This document shows positions 1 through 7,552 of a DNA stretch of 64,000 bases, in pieces. The stretch comes from an uncultured Chryseobacterium sp. (lineage in GTDB: Bacteria; Bacteroidota; Bacteroidia; Flavobacteriales; Weeksellaceae), in NCBI RefSeq assembly GCF_913775525.1, contig NZ_CAJYLH010000034.1; one strand, given 5' to 3'. The notes under the pieces are model-generated. The model had not been told where the DNA came from and made no database searches. It saw only the letters and a list, made by a program, of their open reading frames with translations. How positions within the stretch are numbered: position 1 is the stretch's first letter; each line of letters starts with the position of its first letter. A program made the translations under genes and the position numbers.

Positions 1-654
1 GAGGTCTACGGTTTTACACTGTTCCTGCAATTCGCGGATCTCGCCGGAAAGGATTTCCGGAATATCCGTTTCGGTATTGTTTTCCAGCTTTCTCCCGGCT
101 AAAAGCACCTGCTGGAGCAGTTCAGGGTGTACATAATCCACATTGATCCGGATCAGGAAACGGTCGAATAATGCATTCAGGGCCTCATCTTCAGGCAGGA
201 CATTGCTTGCTCCCACAAACATGAGCGCAGGCAGGTGCCTGGTTTCTTTGCCTCTTTTGAATATTTTCTCATTCAGTGCCATCAGCAGCGAGTTCAGAAT
301 AGCGGAATTGGCATTGAAGATCTCGTCCAGAAAAACCATGGACGCTTCGGGCATCATGCCTTCCGTGTTGGTCAGCAGTTCTCCTTCTTTCAGTTTCCTG
401 ATGTCAAAGGGCCCGAAAATCTCATTGGGCTCCGTAAATCGTGTCAGGAGATATTCAAAGTTCTTTCCGTCTTTTACCGTTTTGGCCAGGGTCTTTACAA
501 TGGCAGATTTTGCCGTTCCGGGAGGCCCGTAGAGAAATGCATTTTCCCTTGCCAGCAAAGAGACTCCCAGCAGGTCTACTACATCGTCTTTTCCGACGAA
601 AGTATCTTTAACATAGCTGAGGACACGGTTTAGTTTTTCTATAGTTTGAGTCAT
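1..654 (-). CDS. AAA+ ATPase, MoxR/RavA-like (N-terminal part; C-terminus lies beyond the left window edge)
   Basis: Own minus-strand translation from the ATG at 654..652: MTQTIEKLNRVLSYVKDTFVGKDDVVDLLGVSLLARENAFLYGPPGTAKSAIVK...MVFLDEIFNANSAILNSLL...FVGASNVLPED...LFDRFLIRI. It has Walker A GPPGTAKS, Walker B VFLDEIF and sensor-1 ASN, and is collinear with the E. coli RavA AAA module. It is absent from the ORF track because it has no stop in the window. Plus-strand ORFs 143..532 and 235..633 are its antisense shadows. Confidence 0.75.
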   Translation of the reverse strand, partial: MTQTIEKLNRVLSYVKDTFVGKDDVVDLLGVSLLARENAFLYGPPGTAKSAIVKTLAKTVKDGKNFEYLLTRFTEPNEIFGPFDIRKLKEGELLTNTEGMMPEASMVFLDEIFNANSAILNSLLMALNEKIFKRGKETRHLPALMFVGASNVLPEDEALNALFDRFLIRINVDYVHPELLQQVLLAGRKLENNTETDIPEILSGEIRELQEQCKTVDL

Positions 655-753
655 CGACCTTTATTTTATGATTAAACGCAAAAAGTACAATTTCCTTTTG
701 AGTATGGGCTTTTTTCAGCTGAATATACGTTGCTGACAGTAAAGCAGGAAGAT

Positions 754-1395
754 TTAATGATTCAAATCTTTCAGTTCTTTCCAGAATATATCTTTATACA
801 TCCCGAATTCCGCCATCAGCAGCTGATTGATATACGGAACCTCAGCCAGCTGATATGCTTTCTTGTCCACGATCCTTTCCAGGTACTGCTTCCGGTAGGT
901 TGGATCTTCCAGTTCTTCTTGCCAATTGATATTCTGAAGATCCAGATCCGTTCCGATGCCTGAATAATGAAACCGGGTTAATATCTTCTGTAGCAATGCA
1001 ATCAGCGGATCTTCCGGATCAGCCGCCTGAAGGGCATACAGTATATGAGGCAGAAACCTTAACGACAGATCGGCAGAAAGCAGGGCTGAAACATCTGTTT
1101 TACCGGTGTACTCCGGAATGAATTTCATCAGATCCATCGAAGTATCCTTACGAACGAGGTACAACTGAGCACTGTGATAGAGTATTTTTGCAGCCCAGAC
1201 GGCGGCATCCCGATCATATTGCATTTCAGCAGATAAAAATTCCAGCCTTTCTTTCTCAAACTCGGACCTGAAATACTCTGCTGCTTCCTGCATTTCTTTT
1301 TCAGGAATTTCCTGGAGGCTTGTAAAAACCGTCATGCATTCATCTTTCCGCAGCATCAATAAAGTATCTAGAAATGGGGATCTGTTTTCCGTCAT
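754..1395 (-). CDS. hypothetical protein (213 aa), co-oriented upstream partner of the RavA-like ATPase
   Basis: Clean 213-aa ORF 100 nt upstream of the ATPase start on the same strand. I cannot name any motif in it. Confidence 0.5.
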   Translation of the reverse strand: MTENRSPFLDTLLMLRKDECMTVFTSLQEIPEKEMQEAAEYFRSEFEKERLEFLSAEMQYDRDAAVWAAKILYHSAQLYLVRKDTSMDLMKFIPEYTGKTDVSALLSADLSLRFLPHILYALQAADPEDPLIALLQKILTRFHYSGIGTDLDLQNINWQEELEDPTYRKQYLERIVDKKAYQLAEVPYINQLLMAEFGMYKDIFWKELKDLNH

Positions 1396-1520
1396 CTAAC
1401 AAAAATAAACATATTATTTGTGAATTTTCAGTTTTAAACGGTGCGCGGCAGATAATTAGCAAACCATCCGTTAAAATGCTTCCGGAAGCAGTATGTAGCA
1501 TTCACTATTCTCATATTTAC

Positions 1521-1528
1521 TATCTTTG
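1521..1528 (+). promoter_or_regulatory. Bacteroidetes-type -7 promoter element (TAnnTTTG) upstream of deoD
   Basis: TATCTTTG lies 20 nt upstream of the deoD ATG and matches the established Bacteroidetes sigma-A -7 consensus TAnnTTTG. Confidence 0.4.
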
Positions 1529-1547
1529 CCCCTTGAAATAAAAAATT

Positions 1548-2258
1548 ATGAGTATCCACATCAGTGCAAAAAAAGGGGAAATTGCCAAAGTTGTTTTACA
1601 GCCGGGTGATCCGCTGCGCGCGAAATATATTGCTGAAAATTTCCTGGAAGACGCTAAACTGGTCAGCCAGACCCGAGGTATTTTCTACTACACAGGTTTA
1701 TACAAAGGGAAAGAAATTACCGTAGGAGCCAGCGGAATGGGCTTTCCTAGTATCGGGATCTATTCTTTCGAGCTGTTTACAGAATATGAAGTGGATACCA
1801 TCATCAGGATCGGAACCTGCGGTGCTTACACCACAGACCTGAAAGTTTTTGACCTCCTGAATGTTGAATATGCTGCCAGTGAAAGCACTTATGCAAAATA
1901 TGCCTGGAACATTGATGATGAGGTCCTTTCCCATCAGGGGAATATCTTCCATACCATCAATGAAACGGCACAGGAAATGGCTTTAACGGCAAAAGCGACG
2001 AATATCCACAGCAGTGATATTTTTTACAGGAAGGATCCGGCCATTCCGGCCATTGCAACGAAGCATCACTGTCCTGCCGTAGAAATGGAAGCTTTCGGGC
2101 TGTTTGCCAATGCGCAGCACCTGGGGAAAAATGCAGCGACCATCCTTACGGTTTCCGATATTATCCCGACGAATGAAAATATTTCTGCGGACCAGCGGGA
2201 AACAGCCCTGAAGCCTATGATTGAACTGGCCCTGGAAGCGGGTATCAGGAGCTTATAG
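1548..2258 (+). CDS. deoD: purine nucleoside phosphorylase, DeoD type
   Basis: The 236-aa product MSIHISAKKGEIAKVVLQPGDPLRAKYIAENFLEDAKLV...GASGMGFPSIGIYSFEL...VEMEAFGLF is collinear with hexameric PNP (DeoD). Confidence 0.9.
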   Translation: MSIHISAKKGEIAKVVLQPGDPLRAKYIAENFLEDAKLVSQTRGIFYYTGLYKGKEITVGASGMGFPSIGIYSFELFTEYEVDTIIRIGTCGAYTTDLKVFDLLNVEYAASESTYAKYAWNIDDEVLSHQGNIFHTINETAQEMALTAKATNIHSSDIFYRKDPAIPAIATKHHCPAVEMEAFGLFANAQHLGKNAATILTVSDIIPTNENISADQRETALKPMIELALEAGIRSL

Positions 2259-2293
2259 GAAGTGGATAAGGTAATTTAAAAATATTAAATATC

Positions 2294-2326
2294 AGAGTTT
2301 TACAGCATTGTAAAACTCTTTTTTTT
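2294..2326 (+). terminator. rho-independent terminator after deoD
   Basis: Perfect 11-bp stem AGAGTTTTACA / TGTAAAACTCT with loop GCAT, followed by a T7 run. Confidence 0.7.
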
Positions 2327-2386
2327 GACCAAAAACAGTTTTTTAGAATCTGCTCACTGTTATCATTCAGAGCTTAAAGTATTTCC

Positions 2387-2731
2387 CTATCGTTTTTTCC
2401 TTTTTGTTTTATCCATTATGAAGTATCTGGTGACATGGGCCCTGCTCACTGAACTTTTAAAAGATTTTTCAGAATAAAAGCTCCTGTAACCGGAAGTTGT
2501 TCTTCCATTGATTTCTGATGTAATTTTCACCCAGATCAACTTTCTTCTCTTCTTTCCTGATTTTAAAAACCTGACCTTTTCATTGATTTCTTCGGCTATC
2601 ACCGACTTTCCGGTCCTCCTCCATTTCTTATTCCCGTATTTTTTTAAGTAAGGCGGGATTTTTCCCCATTCAAAGCCTCTGAAGGGCCCTTTATTATATA
2701 CATTTCTCATGATCGCACAGTAAAACACCAT
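2387..2731 (-). CDS. hypothetical small, very basic protein (K/R-rich)
   Basis: ORF of 114 aa (possibly starting at M8, MRNVYNKG). It ends in KTKRKKR and has no recognisable domain. Coding status is uncertain. Confidence 0.3.
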   Translation of the reverse strand: MVFYCAIMRNVYNKGPFRGFEWGKIPPYLKKYGNKKWRRTGKSVIAEEINEKVRFLKSGKKRRKLIWVKITSEINGRTTSGYRSFYSEKSFKSSVSRAHVTRYFIMDKTKRKKR

Positions 2732-2776
2732 TATAAAGTATACATTAGTACCAGACGCGCATCCATCTGTTTCCTT

Positions 2777-3427
2777 TCAGTCATTGATAAACCCTTCCAG
2801 AAAGCCGATCAGGAATCGGCCACCATGACTCCAGCGGATGCCGTGGCCTTCCCGTTCCCTGACTTCAAAAACCAATTCATGTTTATAATGATAAAACACA
2901 TTCCACCAGGTTGTATGGTCAAGGATATGGTTGATTTTCTCCATTACGAGCTGCTGTTTCTGGTGGTTATTTCCTTTTACTTCTCCCCAGAACGGATCAT
3001 CCAGCCTTCCGGTATGTTTCTCCCATGCTCTTTGTGCAAGGGTAATTTCACTGTTATACAGGGTCTGACAGGCTTCAATAAGCACAGACCTGAGCGGAGG
3101 GACTGCTTTTTCATCACGGAGACTGGCTGAGGTTATTCTTTGACCGAGCACATTCAGCCAATGCTCAAAAGAAATTTCTTCTAATCGGCGGCATTTTGCT
3201 TCCGCTTCGTCCGGACCTTCGAGAATCTCTGTCATTACAATAAAACTTCTGTCACGGTCGATGTTAATTTCCTCATCAAAAAACGGAAGTTTCCAATCGG
3301 CTTGACCCGATTTGAATTTCAGGATGTTCATTTCCATGGCCTGAATATGCTCTGCTGCTAAAATAGCTCCGTATTTCAGTTTCCATTCTTCCGACACATA
3401 CCGGATGCAGGGTTTAAACAGGTTCAT
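2777..3427 (-). CDS. hypothetical protein (216 aa)
   Basis: Clean ORF whose start overlaps the stop of the upstream gene 3414..4187 by 14 nt, which suggests a translationally coupled pair. No nameable motif. Confidence 0.5.
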   Translation of the reverse strand: MNLFKPCIRYVSEEWKLKYGAILAAEHIQAMEMNILKFKSGQADWKLPFFDEEINIDRDRSFIVMTEILEGPDEAEAKCRRLEEISFEHWLNVLGQRITSASLRDEKAVPPLRSVLIEACQTLYNSEITLAQRAWEKHTGRLDDPFWGEVKGNNHQKQQLVMEKINHILDHTTWWNVFYHYKHELVFEVREREGHGIRWSHGGRFLIGFLEGFIND

Positions 3428-4187
3428 TATGAAAAAGTGTTACGGAGTTGACAGGAAGTTTTTCTTCGTTTATACTATATCCGATCAGGTTGAACCAGCT
3501 TTTGCAGTGATCCAGGATCCAGGCATCGGACGAGACCGCGATTTCTGCCTGTTCCGCTAAAAACTGATCGGGATTGAATTGCAGTTCTGCCTGCCAGTCC
3601 AGATCATGTTCGATGGCAAAATCCGTAACCATCTGTCTGATTCTTCCGCTGTTGGAAACCGGCTGGTCAAATATCCAGATCAGTTTTGAGGCTTCCGATT
3701 TTTTAAAGAATGAGGCAATCAGTTCCACTGATCTTAGCGTCTGATTTACCCTTTTATATGTTCCATGGACTCCGGAAAGATCCCTGAAACAGCCGTCGAG
3801 CCCTTCAAAAATATAGGCTTCCGAAAGCAGGCTTTCCAGCAAAATCAGGACGTTGAATCCGTCCAGAAATACCATCTTATTCTTCAGGTCATGAATTTTC
3901 AACTGTTTTGACCTCCTGGTTTCAAGCTGGCTTTCAGATGCGGACGCTCCCCGTACTGCCTGAATCTGGCGCGTTTTCAATTTGTAACGGTTGCCAGCCA
4001 GTTCTGAAGATGCTTTTTCAGGATACCCCCGGCTGAGCAGATAATGCATATCATGAACAGCCGCCCTCAGTTTTTCAAGCTGCTTCCCAGTCCCGAACAA
4101 TCCGTCATCACCGGTATTCTTACCGCGGTTCCTGTTATTCATGTTCAAATGTATCGATTTTACAGAACACCGGCAATCCATAAGCAT
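3414..4187 (-). CDS. hypothetical protein; N-terminal region reminiscent of DUF434, C-terminal region reminiscent of an NYN/PIN-like fold
   Basis: ORF of 257 aa; alternative start at MNNRNRGK (4142). The segment LRAAVHDMHYLLSRGYPEKASSELAGNRYKLKTRQIQAVRG resembles DUF434 from memory. The segment MVFLDGFNVLILLES...WIFDQPVSNSG has the alternating beta-strand plus acidic pattern of PIN/NYN-like domains. Not verified by any search. Confidence 0.45.
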   Translation of the reverse strand: MLMDCRCSVKSIHLNMNNRNRGKNTGDDGLFGTGKQLEKLRAAVHDMHYLLSRGYPEKASSELAGNRYKLKTRQIQAVRGASASESQLETRRSKQLKIHDLKNKMVFLDGFNVLILLESLLSEAYIFEGLDGCFRDLSGVHGTYKRVNQTLRSVELIASFFKKSEASKLIWIFDQPVSNSGRIRQMVTDFAIEHDLDWQAELQFNPDQFLAEQAEIAVSSDAWILDHCKSWFNLIGYSINEEKLPVNSVTLFHNEPV

Positions 4188-4202
4188 CGGGAAGCAATGG
4201 GG

Positions 4203-4234
4203 AAAAATAAATCCGCCTTTAGCAAGACGGATTT
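4203..4234 (-). terminator. rho-independent terminator after the MFS transporter gene
   Basis: Stem AAATCCG / CGGATTT (4209-4215 / 4228-4234). An A-rich run sits 5-prime on the plus strand, which gives a U-run after the hairpin on the minus strand. It lies about 50 nt downstream of the stop at 4284. Confidence 0.55.
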
Positions 4235-4283
4235 AATAACCTCCTCAGAGATTTTACACACATTCCCATATAGATCAGTCAGG

Positions 4284-5690
4284 TCATGCCTGACTCTTGT
4301 TTTCTTTAACCTGCATGAAAAACACACATCCGCCTGCAACCAGAAACAGGATTCCCGCCAGAGCGATAGCCAACGAAGGATTATTGCCAAGTATGGTATG
4401 GTAAATAAACCCGAATGACAGTGTCTGAATAAGCATCGGAATCACAATCATCATATTGATCACCCCCATATAGATCCCTCTTTTATCTGCCGGTATGGCC
4501 GGGGAAACCATAGAATACGGCAGCCCCATCATAGCAGCCCATCCGATTCCGAGGGCAATCATCGGCAGCAGGATCAGGTATTCATTTTTAATCAGCGGGA
4601 GTACCGCAACCCCCAAACCGGTAAGGAAAAGACAGAAGATGTATGTATTTTTAGTAGAGAATTTTTTGGCAAAAGGTACGAGCAGCAGTGCTGACAGGAT
4701 CGTTATAATATTGTAAGAACCATTCATGAGCCCGGTCTGCCCTACCGCGACTTCCACGGTGTGAAGAATATTTTTGGTCCATGACAGGTCCGATGCTGCT
4801 ACTGAAATCCCTTTTTTGGTTAATTCCGCGATATGGTTTGCTTTCTGCTCGTCGGATTCGGTAATCCCGTACAATGACCATTTCAGCATTGGGGTAATGA
4901 ACTGCCAGTAACAAAACAGGGCGTACCACTGGAAGAGGTAGACCATCGCTAATTGCCAGAGCAGTTTGGGCATTTCCCGGATCGCCGTAATGATTTCCAC
5001 AAACGGCGTAAAGAAATTGCTCTGTTCCCTGGCTTTTTTAAGTTCTTCCAATTCTTCCTCGGTTGGAGGTATCTCAGGCGTTTTATAAACCGACCAGGCA
5101 ACGGAAGCGATGGAGCAGAAAGACCCCAGGAAAAATGAATAATATACCCATGCCGGAATCCCTCCATTAGCGGAGTTCCCGCCCAGGTATTTCTGGAATA
5201 CGAAGAGTGATAAATTGGCTAAAGTGATCCCTGCTCCCACAAACAGGCTCTGCATCTGGAACCCGAAGGTCTGCTGTTCCTGGGGAAGCTTATCGGCAAT
5301 GAAAGCACGGTAAGGCTCCATTGCAGTATTGTTGGCAGCATCAAGAATCCAGAGCAGGCCGGCAGCCATCCAGATGCTGGAACTGAACGGAAAGGCAAAA
5401 AGGGCCAGGCTGCACAGGACTGCCCCCAACAGGAAGAAAGGTTTTCTTCTTCCCCAGCGGTTGCTCCAGGTTTTATCACTGATGGCACCGATCAGAGGCT
5501 GGATCAGCAATCCGGTGATCGGTCCGGCCAGGTTGAGGATGGGCAGCTGTTCCGCATGGGCACCCAGGAATGAGTAAATAGGATTTACAGCGGTCTGCTG
5601 CAAGCCGAAACTGTACTGGATACCAAAAAAACCCACGTTCATGTTCCAGATCTGCCAGAAGCTCAGGCGGGGAATGATTCTTTTTGTCAT
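4284..5690 (-). CDS. MFS transporter, GPH/SLC45 (sucrose/maltose:H+ symporter-like) family
   Basis: 468 aa with about 12 predicted TM segments. The N-terminus LSFWQIWNMNVGFFGIQYSFGLQQTAVNPIYSFLGA...GAISDKTWSNRWGRRKPFF shows the characteristic SLC45/GPH signature (D-x-x-x-S-x-x-GRR-K/R-P). Confidence 0.8.
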   Translation of the reverse strand: MTKRIIPRLSFWQIWNMNVGFFGIQYSFGLQQTAVNPIYSFLGAHAEQLPILNLAGPITGLLIQPLIGAISDKTWSNRWGRRKPFFLLGAVLCSLALFAFPFSSSIWMAAGLLWILDAANNTAMEPYRAFIADKLPQEQQTFGFQMQSLFVGAGITLANLSLFVFQKYLGGNSANGGIPAWVYYSFFLGSFCSIASVAWSVYKTPEIPPTEEELEELKKAREQSNFFTPFVEIITAIREMPKLLWQLAMVYLFQWYALFCYWQFITPMLKWSLYGITESDEQKANHIAELTKKGISVAASDLSWTKNILHTVEVAVGQTGLMNGSYNIITILSALLLVPFAKKFSTKNTYIFCLFLTGLGVAVLPLIKNEYLILLPMIALGIGWAAMMGLPYSMVSPAIPADKRGIYMGVINMMIVIPMLIQTLSFGFIYHTILGNNPSLAIALAGILFLVAGGCVFFMQVKENKSQA

Positions 5691-5692
5691 GG

Positions 5693-6340
5693 TTATTGAG
5701 GCGTTACCAGTTGATAGTTTTTGTCAAGGATAAGATCGGCATTATTTTTAAATTTCCGGATGATACGGTGTTCTATATCCAGTACTTGTTCTACAAAGTC
5801 GCTCTTTTCATCACGGTTCCGCTGCATACGGTTCTTATAGGTATCCTTATAATTGCGGTCTATGAATATTTGATAATCGAAATCTTCAAGTTCTAAGATA
5901 TACGTTCCTTCCACAATGATTACCTCATATTCCAATACCTCTAGAACTTCTGTCTGAATACTGTTTTCACGATAATGGACCAGAGGTTTTTCTATGACCG
6001 GCATTCCTTTTTTAAAATCGTCTATATTTCCGGATAGCTTTTCCAGATCCACTTCATGAGGTCCAATATTTTCCAGGGAAAGCAGGCGGTTCTCATGGTT
6101 GGTTCTGGGCGGAAGCTTAAAATAATCATCCATTTGCAGCACGATGCTTTTTATATTTATTTCCAGGAAAGCTTTCTGAAGGGCAAAAGCAGTCACAGAT
6201 TTACCGCTTCCGCTTTCACCTGCAATTCCAACAGCTATTTTGTGTTTTTGAGCTAACGGGAACCGCTTCTTCAGGATCTCCAATATTTCTCCGGCCGTGG
6301 CCAGATGGGTTTCGTTCAATTCTATAATATCACCAATCAT
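5693..6340 (-). CDS. P-loop kinase of the uridine kinase / phosphoribulokinase family
   Basis: Walker A is GIAGESGSGKS. The likely start MIGDIIEL is at 6340, 11 nt after the upstream hydrolase stop. The stop is 2 nt before the transporter start. Confidence 0.65.
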   Translation of the reverse strand: MIGDIIELNETHLATAGEILEILKKRFPLAQKHKIAVGIAGESGSGKSVTAFALQKAFLEINIKSIVLQMDDYFKLPPRTNHENRLLSLENIGPHEVDLEKLSGNIDDFKKGMPVIEKPLVHYRENSIQTEVLEVLEYEVIIVEGTYILELEDFDYQIFIDRNYKDTYKNRMQRNRDEKSDFVEQVLDIEHRIIRKFKNNADLILDKNYQLVTPQ

Positions 6341-6351
6341 CTTATCAGTTA

Positions 6352-7494
6352 TTAAGGATTTAAGGCAGCAGGCTCCCGGATCATCATCAGGTATCCGGAG
6401 GCAGAAAAACAAAGCTGCTCGGTTCCGAGCGGCAGTAATTGATCCGTGGAATAATACTCTCTGAAATGATGGCCCTTTTCGTTCATTAGCGCTTCATATT
6501 GTTCCAGAATCTGTTCCGGGATATGCGGTATGCCTTTTCTTTTCAGTCCAAGGGAGAGCCAACCTAAGAAAATGGGCCATGAGCCTCCGTTATGAAAATG
6601 ATACGGCTCATTTTTAAAGCTGTAGCTGTAATTATTTTCGAGCAGCCTCCAGTCATCATCGCCGGGAAAAATCACCGGATAAAAAGCAGGAAGCATCCAG
6701 TGGCTGAATTCCCGGCTCATTTCAGTAAGAAAATCCGAAAAAGCATTACGGTCAAGATCAAAATCAAGGTACAGTGCCAGTGCATTCCCGGCAAGGTCAA
6801 AGCGTTCATCATATCCGTTCGCGTTCAGCGCTGCCCAGAAATAGGGTTTTGCTGAAGCTCTGGCATAGGCCGTCTCGTGGTATTTAGCTGCGCCGGATTC
6901 ATTTTTTATAAAGTTTTCCTGGATCAGCTTTCTGGTTGTTTCCGCCAAGGTTTTTAAATCATAATCTTCATACAGATCAGCAACATTTTTTAATGCCCAG
7001 TACCGCAGGATATTATCATAGAGCGTATAGCCAGACGTTACATATTCATCTGCCCAGTTGCCTCCGAGCGGACTGTACACCAATCCGCGCTGATTGTATT
7101 CCCAGGTTTTGAGGCAGGAAAGTGCCCTGTAAAGCGGTTCTTTAAGCTGATTACGTAATGGGGCATTTTCTGAACCTTTGAGGTATTCACCGGTGATGGC
7201 TGCCCACCATGTGGTAGCATCAGTCCGGCCGACATGCGTACCAAAACTGGCTTTTCCATGAACCACATTAGAAGGAATCTGCCCGTTTTCAGCCTGATGT
7301 CTGGCCAGTGTCAGAATGGATTTTTCCAGTCCGGAAAGGATCTCACCGTCATTCACCAGGATTCCGGCATATCCTGTCATCATTGAATCCCTTGCCCACA
7401 CCCTGGCGTAATTGTCTTTCTGCTGTGCCGACGCCAGCAAACCTTCTTCCGTCACCGATTTCCTGATCACATGTAAAGCTTCTTCCTTAAACAT
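6352..7494 (-). CDS. (alpha/alpha)6-barrel glycoside hydrolase, GH100 (neutral/alkaline invertase)-like or GDE_C-like
   Basis: 380 aa. NYARVWARDSMMT, ENGQIPSNV, GRTDATTWWAAITGEY and HNGGSWPIFLGW parallel the conserved blocks of cyanobacterial and plant neutral invertases. The family call is from memory of those motifs. Confidence 0.6.
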   Translation of the reverse strand: MFKEEALHVIRKSVTEEGLLASAQQKDNYARVWARDSMMTGYAGILVNDGEILSGLEKSILTLARHQAENGQIPSNVVHGKASFGTHVGRTDATTWWAAITGEYLKGSENAPLRNQLKEPLYRALSCLKTWEYNQRGLVYSPLGGNWADEYVTSGYTLYDNILRYWALKNVADLYEDYDLKTLAETTRKLIQENFIKNESGAAKYHETAYARASAKPYFWAALNANGYDERFDLAGNALALYLDFDLDRNAFSDFLTEMSREFSHWMLPAFYPVIFPGDDDWRLLENNYSYSFKNEPYHFHNGGSWPIFLGWLSLGLKRKGIPHIPEQILEQYEALMNEKGHHFREYYSTDQLLPLGTEQLCFSASGYLMMIREPAALNP

Positions 7495-7552
7495 ATATAT
7501 ATTTTTTTATAAAGCGGAATAAGCCTATTATCCCGCTTTGTTCTGTTAATGA

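Noticed and set aside
143-633. Plus-strand ORFs 143..532 and 235..633 from the ORF track
   Set aside because: Their products are low-complexity and motif-free. The opposite strand encodes a continuous RavA-like AAA+ ATPase with Walker A and B motifs across the same region, so they are antisense shadows.
7511-7539. Hairpin AAAGCGG/CCGCTTT between the TonB-receptor gene and the hydrolase gene as a terminator
   Set aside because: On the transcribed (minus) strand it is followed by an A-run rather than a U-run, and it sits inside a tightly packed operon. At most it is an intra-operon RNA structure.
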